Below are positions 9,718 through 18,832 of a DNA stretch of 43,810 nt, piece by piece (position 1 is the stretch's first letter; each line of letters opens with the position of its first letter). The stretch is from Azoarcus sp. GTDB lineage: Bacteria > Pseudomonadota > Gammaproteobacteria > Burkholderiales > Rhodocyclaceae. The notes under the pieces are model-generated. The model saw only the letters and a list, made by a program, of their open reading frames with translations, was not told where the DNA came from and made no database searches. A program made the position numbers and the translations under genes. Location: contig JAIRPB010000057.1 of NCBI GenBank assembly GCA_031257305.1, positions 1-43,810 of the forward strand, read 5' to 3'.

Positions 9718-11541
9718 TTAGAACAAAGGCTCGTCTAGCCCGAACACCGAAGCGCCGCCTTCGGTAATTTCTTGCTTGAGACCTTGCGCCTTCACCAGCA
9801 CGTGCTGCGCATAGTAGCGGGTGGTGGCGATTTTGCCTTTGAGGTAGCCGCTGGTGTCGCCCGCCGCAATTTTCGCCTGTGCGATTTGCGCCGATTTGGC
9901 AAGCAGCCAGCCGCCTACCACGATGCCACCGAGCTTGAGGTAGGGCACGGAACCCGCATGCGCGTTGGCCGGGTCGGTGTTGTAGATGCTAACAACCCAC
10001 TCTGTGGTATCGATAAGCGCCTGTGCGGCGACTTTCAACGTTTTACCGATGTCACCGAGCTTGGCATCGCCAGAGAGCTTGTCGGCAAAAGCAGCTATCT
10101 CTTTATAGAGACCGCGAGCAGTGAAGGCCACGTCGCCAGTTTCTTTGTTGACTTCGCGCGCCGTTTTGCGGCCTACATAGTCGTTGGCTTGGATAGCGGT
10201 GGTGCCTTCGTAGATGGCGGTGATGCGGGAGTCGCGCATGTATTGCGCCGCGCCGGTTTCTTCGATAAAGCCCGTGCCGCCGTGCACTTGGATGCCCTCG
10301 GAGGTGAGGTCAATGGAGTCTTCCGTGCTGCAACCCTTGACGATGGGGGTCAGAAGCTCGAGCAGGGCTTGCGCTTTTTTACGCTGGGCCGCATCAGGCG
10401 AGAAGTTGGCAATGTCCATCTGCCCCGCCGCAAAGTAACCGATAGCGCGCAAGGCTTCGGTCCGCGCTTTTTGGTCGATGAGCAAGCGGCGCACGTCCGG
10501 GTGGTACAGGATGGGCTTCGGCGTGGTCTTGCTGGCGGCATCGCCAATAATCGCGCCTTGGATGCGCTCACGGGCATAGGCGAGGGAGTGCTGGTAAGCG
10601 CGTTCGGCTACGGCGATGCCTTCAAGCCCCACGTGAATGCGGGCGTGGTTCATCATGGTGAACATATAGGCTACGCCGTTACCGGGCTTGCCGATGAGCC
10701 AGCCGATGGCCCCGTCGTGGTCGCCATAGGACATCACGGCCGTGGCGCTACCCTTGATGCCGAGTTTGTGTTCGATGGCAGAACAAATGAGGTCGTTGCG
10801 CGCGCCCAAAGAACCGTCGTCGTTCACGAGGAATTTCGGCACGAGGAAAAGCGAGATGCCTTTTAGCCCGGGATCAGAATCCGGCAGACGTGCCAGCACA
10901 AGGTGGATGATATTTTCCGCCATATCGTGTTCGCCCCAAGTGATGAAAATCTTGGTGCCCGATATGAGATAAGTGCCGTCGCCCTTGGGATTGGGTTTGG
11001 CTTTGGTGCGGATAGCGGTGAGGTCAGAACCGGCTTGCGGCTCGGTGAGGTTCATCGTGCCGCCCCAGATACCGGCCACCATGTTGGGCAGGTATTTTTG
11101 CTTGAGTTCGTCGGAGGCATGGTGTTCGATGGCATGAACAGCCCCCATCGTTAGCATCGGGCACAGCGCAAAAGCGATGCTCGCCGAACGCCACATTTCA
11201 TTGACGGCAAAATTAACCAGATTCGGCAAGCCTTGCCCGCCGTATTCCGGGTCGCCCGGCATGGCATGCCAGCCGTTATCACGGAACAGGTTGTAGACGG
11301 CCTTGTATTCTGGGCTGACCGTGACTACGCCGTTATTCCACTTGGGTGAATTCACGCGGTCGCCGATGATGTTGATAGGGTCGATTTGCTCGGTCGCAAA
11401 TTTGGCCGCTTCTTCAAGAATGGCATCGACGGTGTCAGCGTCAATTTCTTTGAAAGCCTCGAAACCGAGAATTTCCTTCAGACCGGATAATTCGTTCATG
11501 ATGAAACGCATATCGGCAAGCGGTGCATTGTATGTACTCAT
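9718..11541 (-). CDS. Acyl-CoA dehydrogenase (long, about 600 aa, FadE5/DmdC-like subfamily)
   Basis: MSTYNAPLADMRF, GTMNLTEPQAGSDL, GTKIFITWGEHD, IQVHGGTGF, IYEGTT; lies downstream of etfBA. Confidence 0.93.
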   Translation of the reverse strand: MSTYNAPLADMRFIMNELSGLKEILGFEAFKEIDADTVDAILEEAAKFATEQIDPINIIGDRVNSPKWNNGVVTVSPEYKAVYNLFRDNGWHAMPGDPEYGGQGLPNLVNFAVNEMWRSASIAFALCPMLTMGAVHAIEHHASDELKQKYLPNMVAGIWGGTMNLTEPQAGSDLTAIRTKAKPNPKGDGTYLISGTKIFITWGEHDMAENIIHLVLARLPDSDPGLKGISLFLVPKFLVNDDGSLGARNDLICSAIEHKLGIKGSATAVMSYGDHDGAIGWLIGKPGNGVAYMFTMMNHARIHVGLEGIAVAERAYQHSLAYARERIQGAIIGDAASKTTPKPILYHPDVRRLLIDQKARTEALRAIGYFAAGQMDIANFSPDAAQRKKAQALLELLTPIVKGCSTEDSIDLTSEGIQVHGGTGFIEETGAAQYMRDSRITAIYEGTTAIQANDYVGRKTAREVNKETGDVAFTARGLYKEIAAFADKLSGDAKLGDIGKTLKVAAQALIDTTEWVVSIYNTDPANAHAGSVPYLKLGGIVVGGWLLAKSAQIAQAKIAAGDTSGYLKGKIATTRYYAQHVLVKAQGLKQEITEGGASVFGLDEPLF

Positions 11542-11713
11542 TGGGAGTCTCCCCTCCAGCAAATGTTTCGATGTTAATTGTTAGAGAAAGCAGTGGCGAA
11601 CATCGAGCGCCACCGCGTCCATACGCACGGGCTGGCGAGATGGAAACGCCAGCCCTGAATAACGAAACAGCGGCCGCTTAGCTCACTAAGGTCCACTAAG
11701 GGCCGCCGTATTT

Positions 11714-12643
11714 TTACAGCGCCGCAACGAGTTCCGGCACGGCCGTAAACAAATCGGCTTCCAGACCGAAATCCGCCACTTGGAAAATGGGGGCGTCAGG
11801 ATCCTTGTTAATCGCAACGATTACTTTGGAATCTTTCATGCCGGCCAAGTGCTGGATAGCGCCGGAAATGCCAATGGCAAAATAAAGCTGCGGCGCAACG
11901 ATTTTGCCTGTCTGCCCGACTTGGTAATCGTTGGGAACAAAACCAGCATCCACCGCCGCACGGCTTGCGCCAAGCGCCGCCCCGAGTTTGTCAGCCAGCG
12001 GTTCGAGCAGCTTAGTGAAGTTTTCCCCGCTCCCCACGCCGCGGCCGCCGGAAACAACGATTTTGGCCGCGCCCAGTTCAGGCCGTGCGCTCTTGGTGAC
12101 TTCGCGCCCAAGCAATTTCACAAGACCGAGGTCCGCCCCGGCCGCAACCGTTTCCACGGCAGCGCTACCGCCTTCGCCAGCGGCGTCAAACGCCGTGGTG
12201 CGCACGGTGATGACTTTGATTGCGTCGGCGCTTTTCACCGTTGCCAGCACACTCCCGGCATAGGTTGGGCGCACGAAGGTATCTGGCGCTTTAACCGCGA
12301 TGATTTCGCTAATCTGCGCAACGTCGAGCAGCGCCGCCACGCGGGGCAACAAGTTTTTGCCCGCCGTAGTTGCAGGAGCCACGATGTGGCTGTAACCCGA
12401 AGCCAGCCCTTTAACCAAAACAGCAAGATTTTCAGGGGTTTGTGCTTCGTAGTGCGGCGCATCGGCCACCAACACTTTGGCAACGCCCGCTACTTTTGCG
12501 GCAGACTGGCTGACCGCGCCCACATTGGCGCCGGCCACAAGCAGATGAATATCGCCACCGATTTTGGCGGCAGCGGTCACGGCATTGAGGGTCGCTCCTT
12601 TTAGAGCGGCGTTGTCGTGTTCAGCAATGACGAGAATGGCCAT
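11714..12643 (-). CDS. etfA: Electron transfer flavoprotein alpha subunit
   Basis: [40 protein letters not shown]. Confidence 0.97.
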   Translation of the reverse strand: MAILVIAEHDNAALKGATLNAVTAAAKIGGDIHLLVAGANVGAVSQSAAKVAGVAKVLVADAPHYEAQTPENLAVLVKGLASGYSHIVAPATTAGKNLLPRVAALLDVAQISEIIAVKAPDTFVRPTYAGSVLATVKSADAIKVITVRTTAFDAAGEGGSAAVETVAAGADLGLVKLLGREVTKSARPELGAAKIVVSGGRGVGSGENFTKLLEPLADKLGAALGASRAAVDAGFVPNDYQVGQTGKIVAPQLYFAIGISGAIQHLAGMKDSKVIVAINKDPDAPIFQVADFGLEADLFTAVPELVAAL

Positions 12644-12645
12644 GT

Positions 12646-13395
12646 TTAGATCACCTTTGCAACGTTTTTGAGTTTATCGACCAGTTGAGCCACATCGGCC
12701 ACTTTGATGCCCGCACTGCGCGTGGGCGGGTCAGACACATTGAGCGTTGCCAGCCTCGGCGCAACATCCACGCCCAAGTCGGCGGGCTTGACGGTATCAA
12801 GCGGTTTTTTCTTCGCCTTCATGATGTTAGGCAATGTGGCGTAACGCGGCTCGTTGAGGCGCAGGTCAACCGTAGCCACTGCCGGCAATTTGACGGCCAG
12901 TTTTTCCAGCCCGCCGTCAACTTCGCGTGTGATGGTAATTTCATCCGCCCCCGGGACGAGCTTAGAAATAAACGTCGCCTGCGGCCAGCCCAGCAACGCC
13001 GCTAGCATCTGCCCTGTCTGGTTGGCGTCATCGTCAATCGCCTGTTTGCCCGCGATAACGAGTTTCGGGGATTCTTTATCAACAATCGCCTTCAACAGCT
13101 TGGCAACGGCCAACGGTTGAAGGTCAGCATCGGTTTCTACCAAAATGGCGCGGTCCGCCCCCATTGCCATAGCGGTACGCAGCGTTTCTTGCGCGGCGGC
13201 AAGCCCGGCGCTCACCACAACCACTTCGGTCGCAGTACCGGCTTCCTTCAGGCGGACGGCCTCCTCCACCGCTATCTCGTCAAAAGGGTTCATGCTCATT
13301 TTTACGCCGGCCAGATCTACGCCGCTACCATCCGCCTTGACGCGGACTTTAACGTTGTAATCGACCACACGTTTAACTGGAACCAAGATTTTCAA
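12646..13395 (-). CDS. etfB: Electron transfer flavoprotein beta subunit (TTG start)
   Basis: [42 protein letters not shown]. Confidence 0.97.
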   Translation of the reverse strand: MKILVPVKRVVDYNVKVRVKADGSGVDLAGVKMSMNPFDEIAVEEAVRLKEAGTATEVVVVSAGLAAAQETLRTAMAMGADRAILVETDADLQPLAVAKLLKAIVDKESPKLVIAGKQAIDDDANQTGQMLAALLGWPQATFISKLVPGADEITITREVDGGLEKLAVKLPAVATVDLRLNEPRYATLPNIMKAKKKPLDTVKPADLGVDVAPRLATLNVSDPPTRSAGIKVADVAQLVDKLKNVAKVI

Positions 13396-13552
13396 AGTCG
13401 TCTCCTCGTGAAATCGGGGTTAAGGCACTGCAACATGTGTGTCCCGGCTCTGATTTAGCCGGGAACGGCGATTATGGCACTATGATTCAGACAACACATG
13501 CTGCAACGCGGCAAAAAATTATTCAGAACTAGCACTGTATGTTCCCCTGCCG

Positions 13553-14308
13553 TTATAACCCCAAAACCTCGCAAGCATTGGCCGTTGTGGCCTGAATAAT
13601 TTCTTCTACGGGCAAACCGCGCAATTCGGCGAGGCATAAGGCAAACCGCGCCAGATTGTCTGGCTCGTTCCGGCCTTTTTTTATCCACGCTGGCGGCATG
13701 TCTGGCGCGTCCGTTTCAAGCACGATGGCTTCCAGCGGCAACTCTGCCGCGAGACGGCGTATCCGGCGCGACCCGCTATATGTCATCGCTCCGCCAAAAC
13801 CGAGTTTGAAACCCAGCCTAATAAACGCTTCTGCCTGCTGTGGGCTGCCATTGAAAGCGTGCGCAATGCCGCCTTTGATTTTGGCTTGCCGTAACGCGGC
13901 AAGAATGGCGTCTTGCGCCCGGCGCACGTGCAGTATCACGGGCAAATCATGCCGGCGGGCTGATTTGAGTTGGGCGTCAAAAAACATTTTCTGGCGCACG
14001 GCATCGGTTTGCGGCTCAAAAAAATCGAGTCCGATTTCTCCCACGGCCACGGCGCGGCCCTGCGCAAGCAGCGTATCAAGCGCGCTTAAATCATCTTCGC
14101 TGGCGCTGCCCACATAAAGCGGGTGGATGCCTAGCGCGGGATAAACATCCGGCTCTGTTTCAGCCAGCGCCAGCACCCGCGAGAAACTGGCACGGTCCAC
14201 AGCGGGCACCACAAATTTGCTGACGCCCGCCGCCCGTGCCCGTTTAAGCACTTCCGCACGGTCGGCGTCAAATTCTGGCGCGTCAAGATGAAGATGGGTG
14301 TCAATCAT
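13553..14308 (-). CDS. TatD-family metal-dependent nuclease
   Basis: IDTHLHL, GIHP, GEIGLD, VILHVR, HAF, LETDAP. Confidence 0.95.
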   Translation of the reverse strand: MIDTHLHLDAPEFDADRAEVLKRARAAGVSKFVVPAVDRASFSRVLALAETEPDVYPALGIHPLYVGSASEDDLSALDTLLAQGRAVAVGEIGLDFFEPQTDAVRQKMFFDAQLKSARRHDLPVILHVRRAQDAILAALRQAKIKGGIAHAFNGSPQQAEAFIRLGFKLGFGGAMTYSGSRRIRRLAAELPLEAIVLETDAPDMPPAWIKKGRNEPDNLARFALCLAELRGLPVEEIIQATTANACEVLGL

Positions 14309-15795
14309 TCAGCATCCGGTTTCCGGTTTTTGATAGAAAGCGTGCGCTGCACAGACTCCCACTGCCCTTGTTCTTCCTTGAGCGCGGCAGAGGTGAGCGG
14401 CCTTTCTTGCAGCCAGTCTGGCGGGATGAGCATGCTAAAGCCGCGTTTTGCTCTGATAAGGGAAATATCCGGTATTCCCTGACCGTCACGGGCACGGTGG
14501 ATGAGCGCCGCCAGACGCAGACAAACCGCCAGCGGCCAGTCCGGGTCCGACAAATCAAAATCCGCCAGACGCATTGATTTTCCACGATGGGCCAGCACCA
14601 ATCTCGCCAGCCGTGCCTGCTCTTTCTTAGAAAAACCCGGCATATCGGCATTGGCAAGAATATAAGCGCCGTGTTTGTGATAGCCCGCGTAGGCAACGGA
14701 AATCCCGATTTCGTGCAACAGCGCCGCCCAACGCAAAAACCGCCGTTCCATATGGGCCGTCTCCGCCGCATCCGGGTTAATTTGCGCCAGCAGCGCACAT
14801 GCCGTATCCGCTACTTGTTTAGCTTGTTGTGCGTTGACATGGTAGCGGCCCATAAAAGTCTCAACAGTGGTATCGCGCTGGTCATGCTGGTGGGTCCGCC
14901 CAAGCAAGTCGTACAACACGCCGAGCCGCAGCGCCCCTTCTGAAAACGCCATGTGCTGTAGGCCAAACTCATGAAACACGGCAGACATAATAGATAGCCC
15001 GCCAAGAATGACAGGTATCCTATCTTCCCGCAGACCGTCCAAACTAGTTGCTTCAACATGGCCGGCACGCTGAAAAATAGCGCGCAGCTTTTCAAGCCCG
15101 CTTAGGGTGATGCCTTCTTCAGACAACCCATTGAGCACCAAAACTTCTTCCAGCGCCTTTGCCGTGCCGCTGGAACCGATTGCGCGTTCCCATCCCGCAT
15201 CCCGATAATCATGGACAATGGCTTGCAATTCACGCCGCGCAGCCAGTTCCGCCGCCTGAAAACAGCGTTTGTCTGCTTTTCCTTCAGGGAAATGGCGCAG
15301 GCTATACCCCACGCAGCCCATATAAAGCGAGTCCAGCAAAACGGGTTCAAGCCCTTTGCCGATAATAAATTCCGTTGAGCCGCCGCCAATATCCACCACC
15401 AACTGCTGGCGGGAATGGTCTGAAAACGTATGCGCCACGCCCAAATAAATTAGCCGTGCCTCTTCACGGCCGGCAATCACTTCAATCGGAAAACCGAGCA
15501 CTGCCTCGGCTTGCCGCAAAAAATCGCCCGCGTTCCGCGCTACGCGCAACGTATTCGTAGCCACAGCCCGCACCGCTTCCGGCGCAAACTCCACAAGCCG
15601 CGCATTAAACAAGCGCAACGCGGCAAGCCCCCGCTGAAAAGAATCCCCGTCCAGCCATTTGTCCGCAGACAGGCCCGCGGCCAGACGGACCGGCTCTTTG
15701 AGCGTATCGGCGGCATAAACCTGCCCATTTGCCACACGCCCCACTTGAAGGCGGAAACTGTTGGAACCCAAATCAACGGCGGCAATAACATCCAT
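14305..15795 (-). CDS. ppx: Exopolyphosphatase (Ppx/GppA family)
   Basis: AAVDLGSNSF, GREEARLIY, DIGGGSTE, ALLHEIG; ATG 15795 preferred, TTG 15807 possible. Confidence 0.93.
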   Translation of the reverse strand: MDVIAAVDLGSNSFRLQVGRVANGQVYAADTLKEPVRLAAGLSADKWLDGDSFQRGLAALRLFNARLVEFAPEAVRAVATNTLRVARNAGDFLRQAEAVLGFPIEVIAGREEARLIYLGVAHTFSDHSRQQLVVDIGGGSTEFIIGKGLEPVLLDSLYMGCVGYSLRHFPEGKADKRCFQAAELAARRELQAIVHDYRDAGWERAIGSSGTAKALEEVLVLNGLSEEGITLSGLEKLRAIFQRAGHVEATSLDGLREDRIPVILGGLSIMSAVFHEFGLQHMAFSEGALRLGVLYDLLGRTHQHDQRDTTVETFMGRYHVNAQQAKQVADTACALLAQINPDAAETAHMERRFLRWAALLHEIGISVAYAGYHKHGAYILANADMPGFSKKEQARLARLVLAHRGKSMRLADFDLSDPDWPLAVCLRLAALIHRARDGQGIPDISLIRAKRGFSMLIPPDWLQERPLTSAALKEEQGQWESVQRTLSIKNRKPDAE

Positions 15796-15975
15796 ATTTG
15801 AACTCAATAGGTAACAAAACCATTACGGCGCGGGCGCCATTGTGTCTTAAATTTTTCTATCGGACTCATAAATTGAGACGTAGCCCATTTTTGACTAAGA
15901 TAGCGGCTCGCCCGGAATTCCCGGCGCGTAACAATTCGGCATTTCAGTGCCTACAATTCCCAACAGGAGACACAC

Positions 15976-16560
15976 ATGACGTTCACCCTCCCCCCCCTGC
16001 CCTACGCCCAAGATGCCCTAACGCCCCACATTTCGGCGGAAACGCTGGAATTTCACTACGGCAAGCATCACCAAGCCTATGTCACTAATCTCAACAATCT
16101 GGTCAAAGGCACGGAATTTGAAAACCTTGACCTCGAAGCCATCATCAAAAAAGCCCCGGCAGGCGGCATCTTCAATAACGCGGCGCAAGTCTGGAACCAC
16201 ACGTTTTTCTGGAACAGCCTCAAACCCAACGGCGGCGGGGAACCGAGCGGCGCGCTGGCGGCGGCTATCGCCAAAAAGTGGGGAACATTCGCTGAATTCA
16301 AAAAAGCCTTCCAAGCCTGTGCCGTGGGCAATTTCGGTTCCGGCTGGACATGGCTGGTCAAAAAACCCGACGGCAGTCTCGACATCGAAAACACCAGCAA
16401 TGCCGGGACTCCGCTCACCACGAGCAACAAGCCGCTCCTCACCCTTGATGTGTGGGAACACGCTTACTATGTTGACTACCGCAACCGCCGTCCCGATTTT
16501 GTTGCCGCGTTTCTCGACAAACTGGCTAATTGGGATTTCGCGGCGAAGAATTTTGCCTAA
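15976..16560 (+). CDS. sodB: Fe superoxide dismutase
   Basis: [18 protein letters not shown] (Fe-type AAQ), DVWEHAYY. Confidence 0.96.
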   Translation: MTFTLPPLPYAQDALTPHISAETLEFHYGKHHQAYVTNLNNLVKGTEFENLDLEAIIKKAPAGGIFNNAAQVWNHTFFWNSLKPNGGGEPSGALAAAIAKKWGTFAEFKKAFQACAVGNFGSGWTWLVKKPDGSLDIENTSNAGTPLTTSNKPLLTLDVWEHAYYVDYRNRRPDFVAAFLDKLANWDFAAKNFA

Positions 16561-17639
16561 TGAACCCGCTGCTTAAAATCCGCAACCTCGGCCAGCAAAT
16601 CTGGCTAGACAACCTATCCCGCGCCCTGCTTGAAGAGGGGGCGCTGGAGCGGTTTATTTCCGAGGATGGCATCGCCGGTATCACCACCAACCCGGCGATT
16701 TTCCAAAAAGCAATCACATCGGGGCGTTATTACGGGGAGAGCCTCTCCCGCCTCAAACAGCAGCCCCTCACGGCGGAAGAACGCTACGAGCAACTCGCCA
16801 TTGCGGATGTGCAGCGCGCCTGTGATTTGCTGCAACCATTGTTCGAGCAATCGCACGGCAACGCCGGCTATGTGAGTTTTGAAGTCTCGCCCGCGCTCGC
16901 CCATAACGCGGAAGGTACGCTTGAAGCCGGCAAACGCCTTTACGCCAAAATTGGGCGGCCCAACCTGCTCATCAAAGTGCCCGGCACATCCGCAGGATTG
17001 CTGGCTGTCGAGCGGCTCATCGGCGAAGGCATCAACGTCAACGTCACGCTCCTATTCTCTCCCGCCCACGCCCAAGCGGCGGCAGATGCCTATCTGCGCG
17101 GGCTAGAGCATCTGCGGTCAACAGGCGGTACGCCGGAACGGGTGATGTCGGTTGCCAGCGTTTTTCTCTCGCGGGTTGATACCTTGGTCGATGCGCGGCT
17201 CGATGCCTTGGGCAATAAGGCAAAAGAAATATGTGGGCAGACTGCTGTAGCAATGGCACGGCTTATCTACCAAAACTGGCGCAAACGTTTTTTTGGCCCT
17301 AGTTTTGCCGCCCTGCGCACTGCGGGCGCACGTCCCCAATATTTGCTGTGGGCCAGCACCGGCACTAAAAACCCCGCTTATAGCGACCTTCTTTATGTTG
17401 AGCCGCTCGTGGGCACAGACACCGTCACCACGCTGCCAGATGCCACGCTTGCCGCGCTACGCGGTCATGGCCGTGTTGCTTTTGAGACGCTCACCCGCGA
17501 TGTCGCTGCGGCCCAAATCATTATCGACCAGCTCCCAACCTACGGCATCAGCCTCAATGAAGTCGGCGAAACCCTCCAAACCGAAGGGCTTGCGCAGTTT
17601 GAACAAGCGTTTGCTAAGTTGCTTGAGGCGTGTGCGTAG
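16560..17639 (+). CDS. tal: Transaldolase (long, about 360-aa type)
   Basis: QIWLDNLSR, GITTNPAIF, LIKVPGT, NVTLLFS, LLWASTGTKNP; ATG overlaps the sodB stop (TAATG). Confidence 0.94.
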   Translation: MNPLLKIRNLGQQIWLDNLSRALLEEGALERFISEDGIAGITTNPAIFQKAITSGRYYGESLSRLKQQPLTAEERYEQLAIADVQRACDLLQPLFEQSHGNAGYVSFEVSPALAHNAEGTLEAGKRLYAKIGRPNLLIKVPGTSAGLLAVERLIGEGINVNVTLLFSPAHAQAAADAYLRGLEHLRSTGGTPERVMSVASVFLSRVDTLVDARLDALGNKAKEICGQTAVAMARLIYQNWRKRFFGPSFAALRTAGARPQYLLWASTGTKNPAYSDLLYVEPLVGTDTVTTLPDATLAALRGHGRVAFETLTRDVAAAQIIIDQLPTYGISLNEVGETLQTEGLAQFEQAFAKLLEACA

Positions 17640-17692
17640 CCCTGATGAAGCTGGAATTGTTTAACGTCCAGTAATAACACCCATTGCCGTCT

Positions 17693-18832
17693 ATGACTAG
17701 AGTATTGATTTATTCTGGCAGCCTGAAACTATCAGGAGTATTGACATGGTATTTACAAATGCAGAATGCCTTTACAAAGTTGGGGGCGGAAGCCGTTTTT
17801 CTAGTCACTAGCGCCCCAACAGAGGTACATCCGCCCGGACGGGTGTTTTATACCGACAAAACAAGAAGCGCACCGCATTTGCGCATGGCGAGATGGTTGC
17901 AATTGCACAAGATTTTCCCGCACTGGTACGCAATAGCAGAAGCAAACGTTTTGAACGCACGTGTCCAGAAAATACTTTCCAGTCTTGGTTGGCATGACCG
18001 AATCGATGCCATTATCAAAAACCTGCCAGACCCAATACCAGAATGCCTAAAATCATTTCCAATTATCGGTGTGCTCCACAATGTTATTCCGCCGGACTGG
18101 TTATCAAATAACAAACAAATAGCATTACAGCAAACAGTTAACAACACACATCATATTGTTCCAATAGGGCAAATCGTTGCCCAACATGGAAAACAGGCGG
18201 GGCTAACACTATCCAACGTTATATTCAATCCATTGGATGCCGACATCCTCCGGCAAAAAAGCCAAGCCTATCTGCCAAATATCCGCCGCCCCTATATTTT
18301 ATTCGCCGGGCGCATAAACAACGATAAAGGCGTCCATGAGTTGTTGCGAGCCTTTGCATTGCTCAAAGAGGATATTGATTTGTGCTATGTGGGTTCTGGC
18401 TCTGAATTAACTTCACTACGCGAGACAGCGGCCATACTTAAAGTATCGGATAGGGTGCATTTCGCGGGCTTTCAGACGAACCCTTACCCTTGGATGCTCA
18501 ACGCAAAGTTACTAGTCATGCCGTCCATATGGGATGCCGAAGCGATGCCTTACGTCGCTTTGGAAGCGTGTGCCCTGGGATGCGGTATTGTCGTTACCGA
18601 TTTCCCAGTTTCCCGCGATTTTTTTATGGACGAGGTTATCGTCCCGCGCCAGCCACTTGATAGTTTTATCACCCGTCTGGCGGAACGCATCTCACAAGGT
18701 ATCGCGGCCACACTACCAAAAGGCATTAAGCCTAAGGTGTTAGATAACATGGAACCGTGTGAGGTGGCCAAACAATATCTAGCGTTAGCTACCCCGCCTT
18801 CCGATTCTCACCGCCCTGCTGTGCCGCACTAA
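17693..18832 (+). CDS. GT4 (GT-B) glycosyltransferase
   Basis: ILFAGRINNDKG, FAGFQTNPYPW, PS...EAMPYVALEA (EX7E motif). Confidence 0.88.
   Translation: MTRVLIYSGSLKLSGVLTWYLQMQNAFTKLGAEAVFLVTSAPTEVHPPGRVFYTDKTRSAPHLRMARWLQLHKIFPHWYAIAEANVLNARVQKILSSLGWHDRIDAIIKNLPDPIPECLKSFPIIGVLHNVIPPDWLSNNKQIALQQTVNNTHHIVPIGQIVAQHGKQAGLTLSNVIFNPLDADILRQKSQAYLPNIRRPYILFAGRINNDKGVHELLRAFALLKEDIDLCYVGSGSELTSLRETAAILKVSDRVHFAGFQTNPYPWMLNAKLLVMPSIWDAEAMPYVALEACALGCGIVVTDFPVSRDFFMDEVIVPRQPLDSFITRLAERISQGIAATLPKGIKPKVLDNMEPCEVAKQYLALATPPSDSHRPAVPH

Noticed and set aside
9772-10866. 364-aa + strand ORF, and similar long antisense ORFs over cheA, cheV, etfA and the oxidoreductase
   Set aside because: They lie within well-supported opposite-strand genes in GC-rich DNA and show no recognisable motifs.
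11585-11710. Hairpins between etfA and the acyl-CoA dehydrogenase gene as a riboswitch or ncRNA
   Set aside because: Only generic stems; I could not recognise any conserved aptamer motif.
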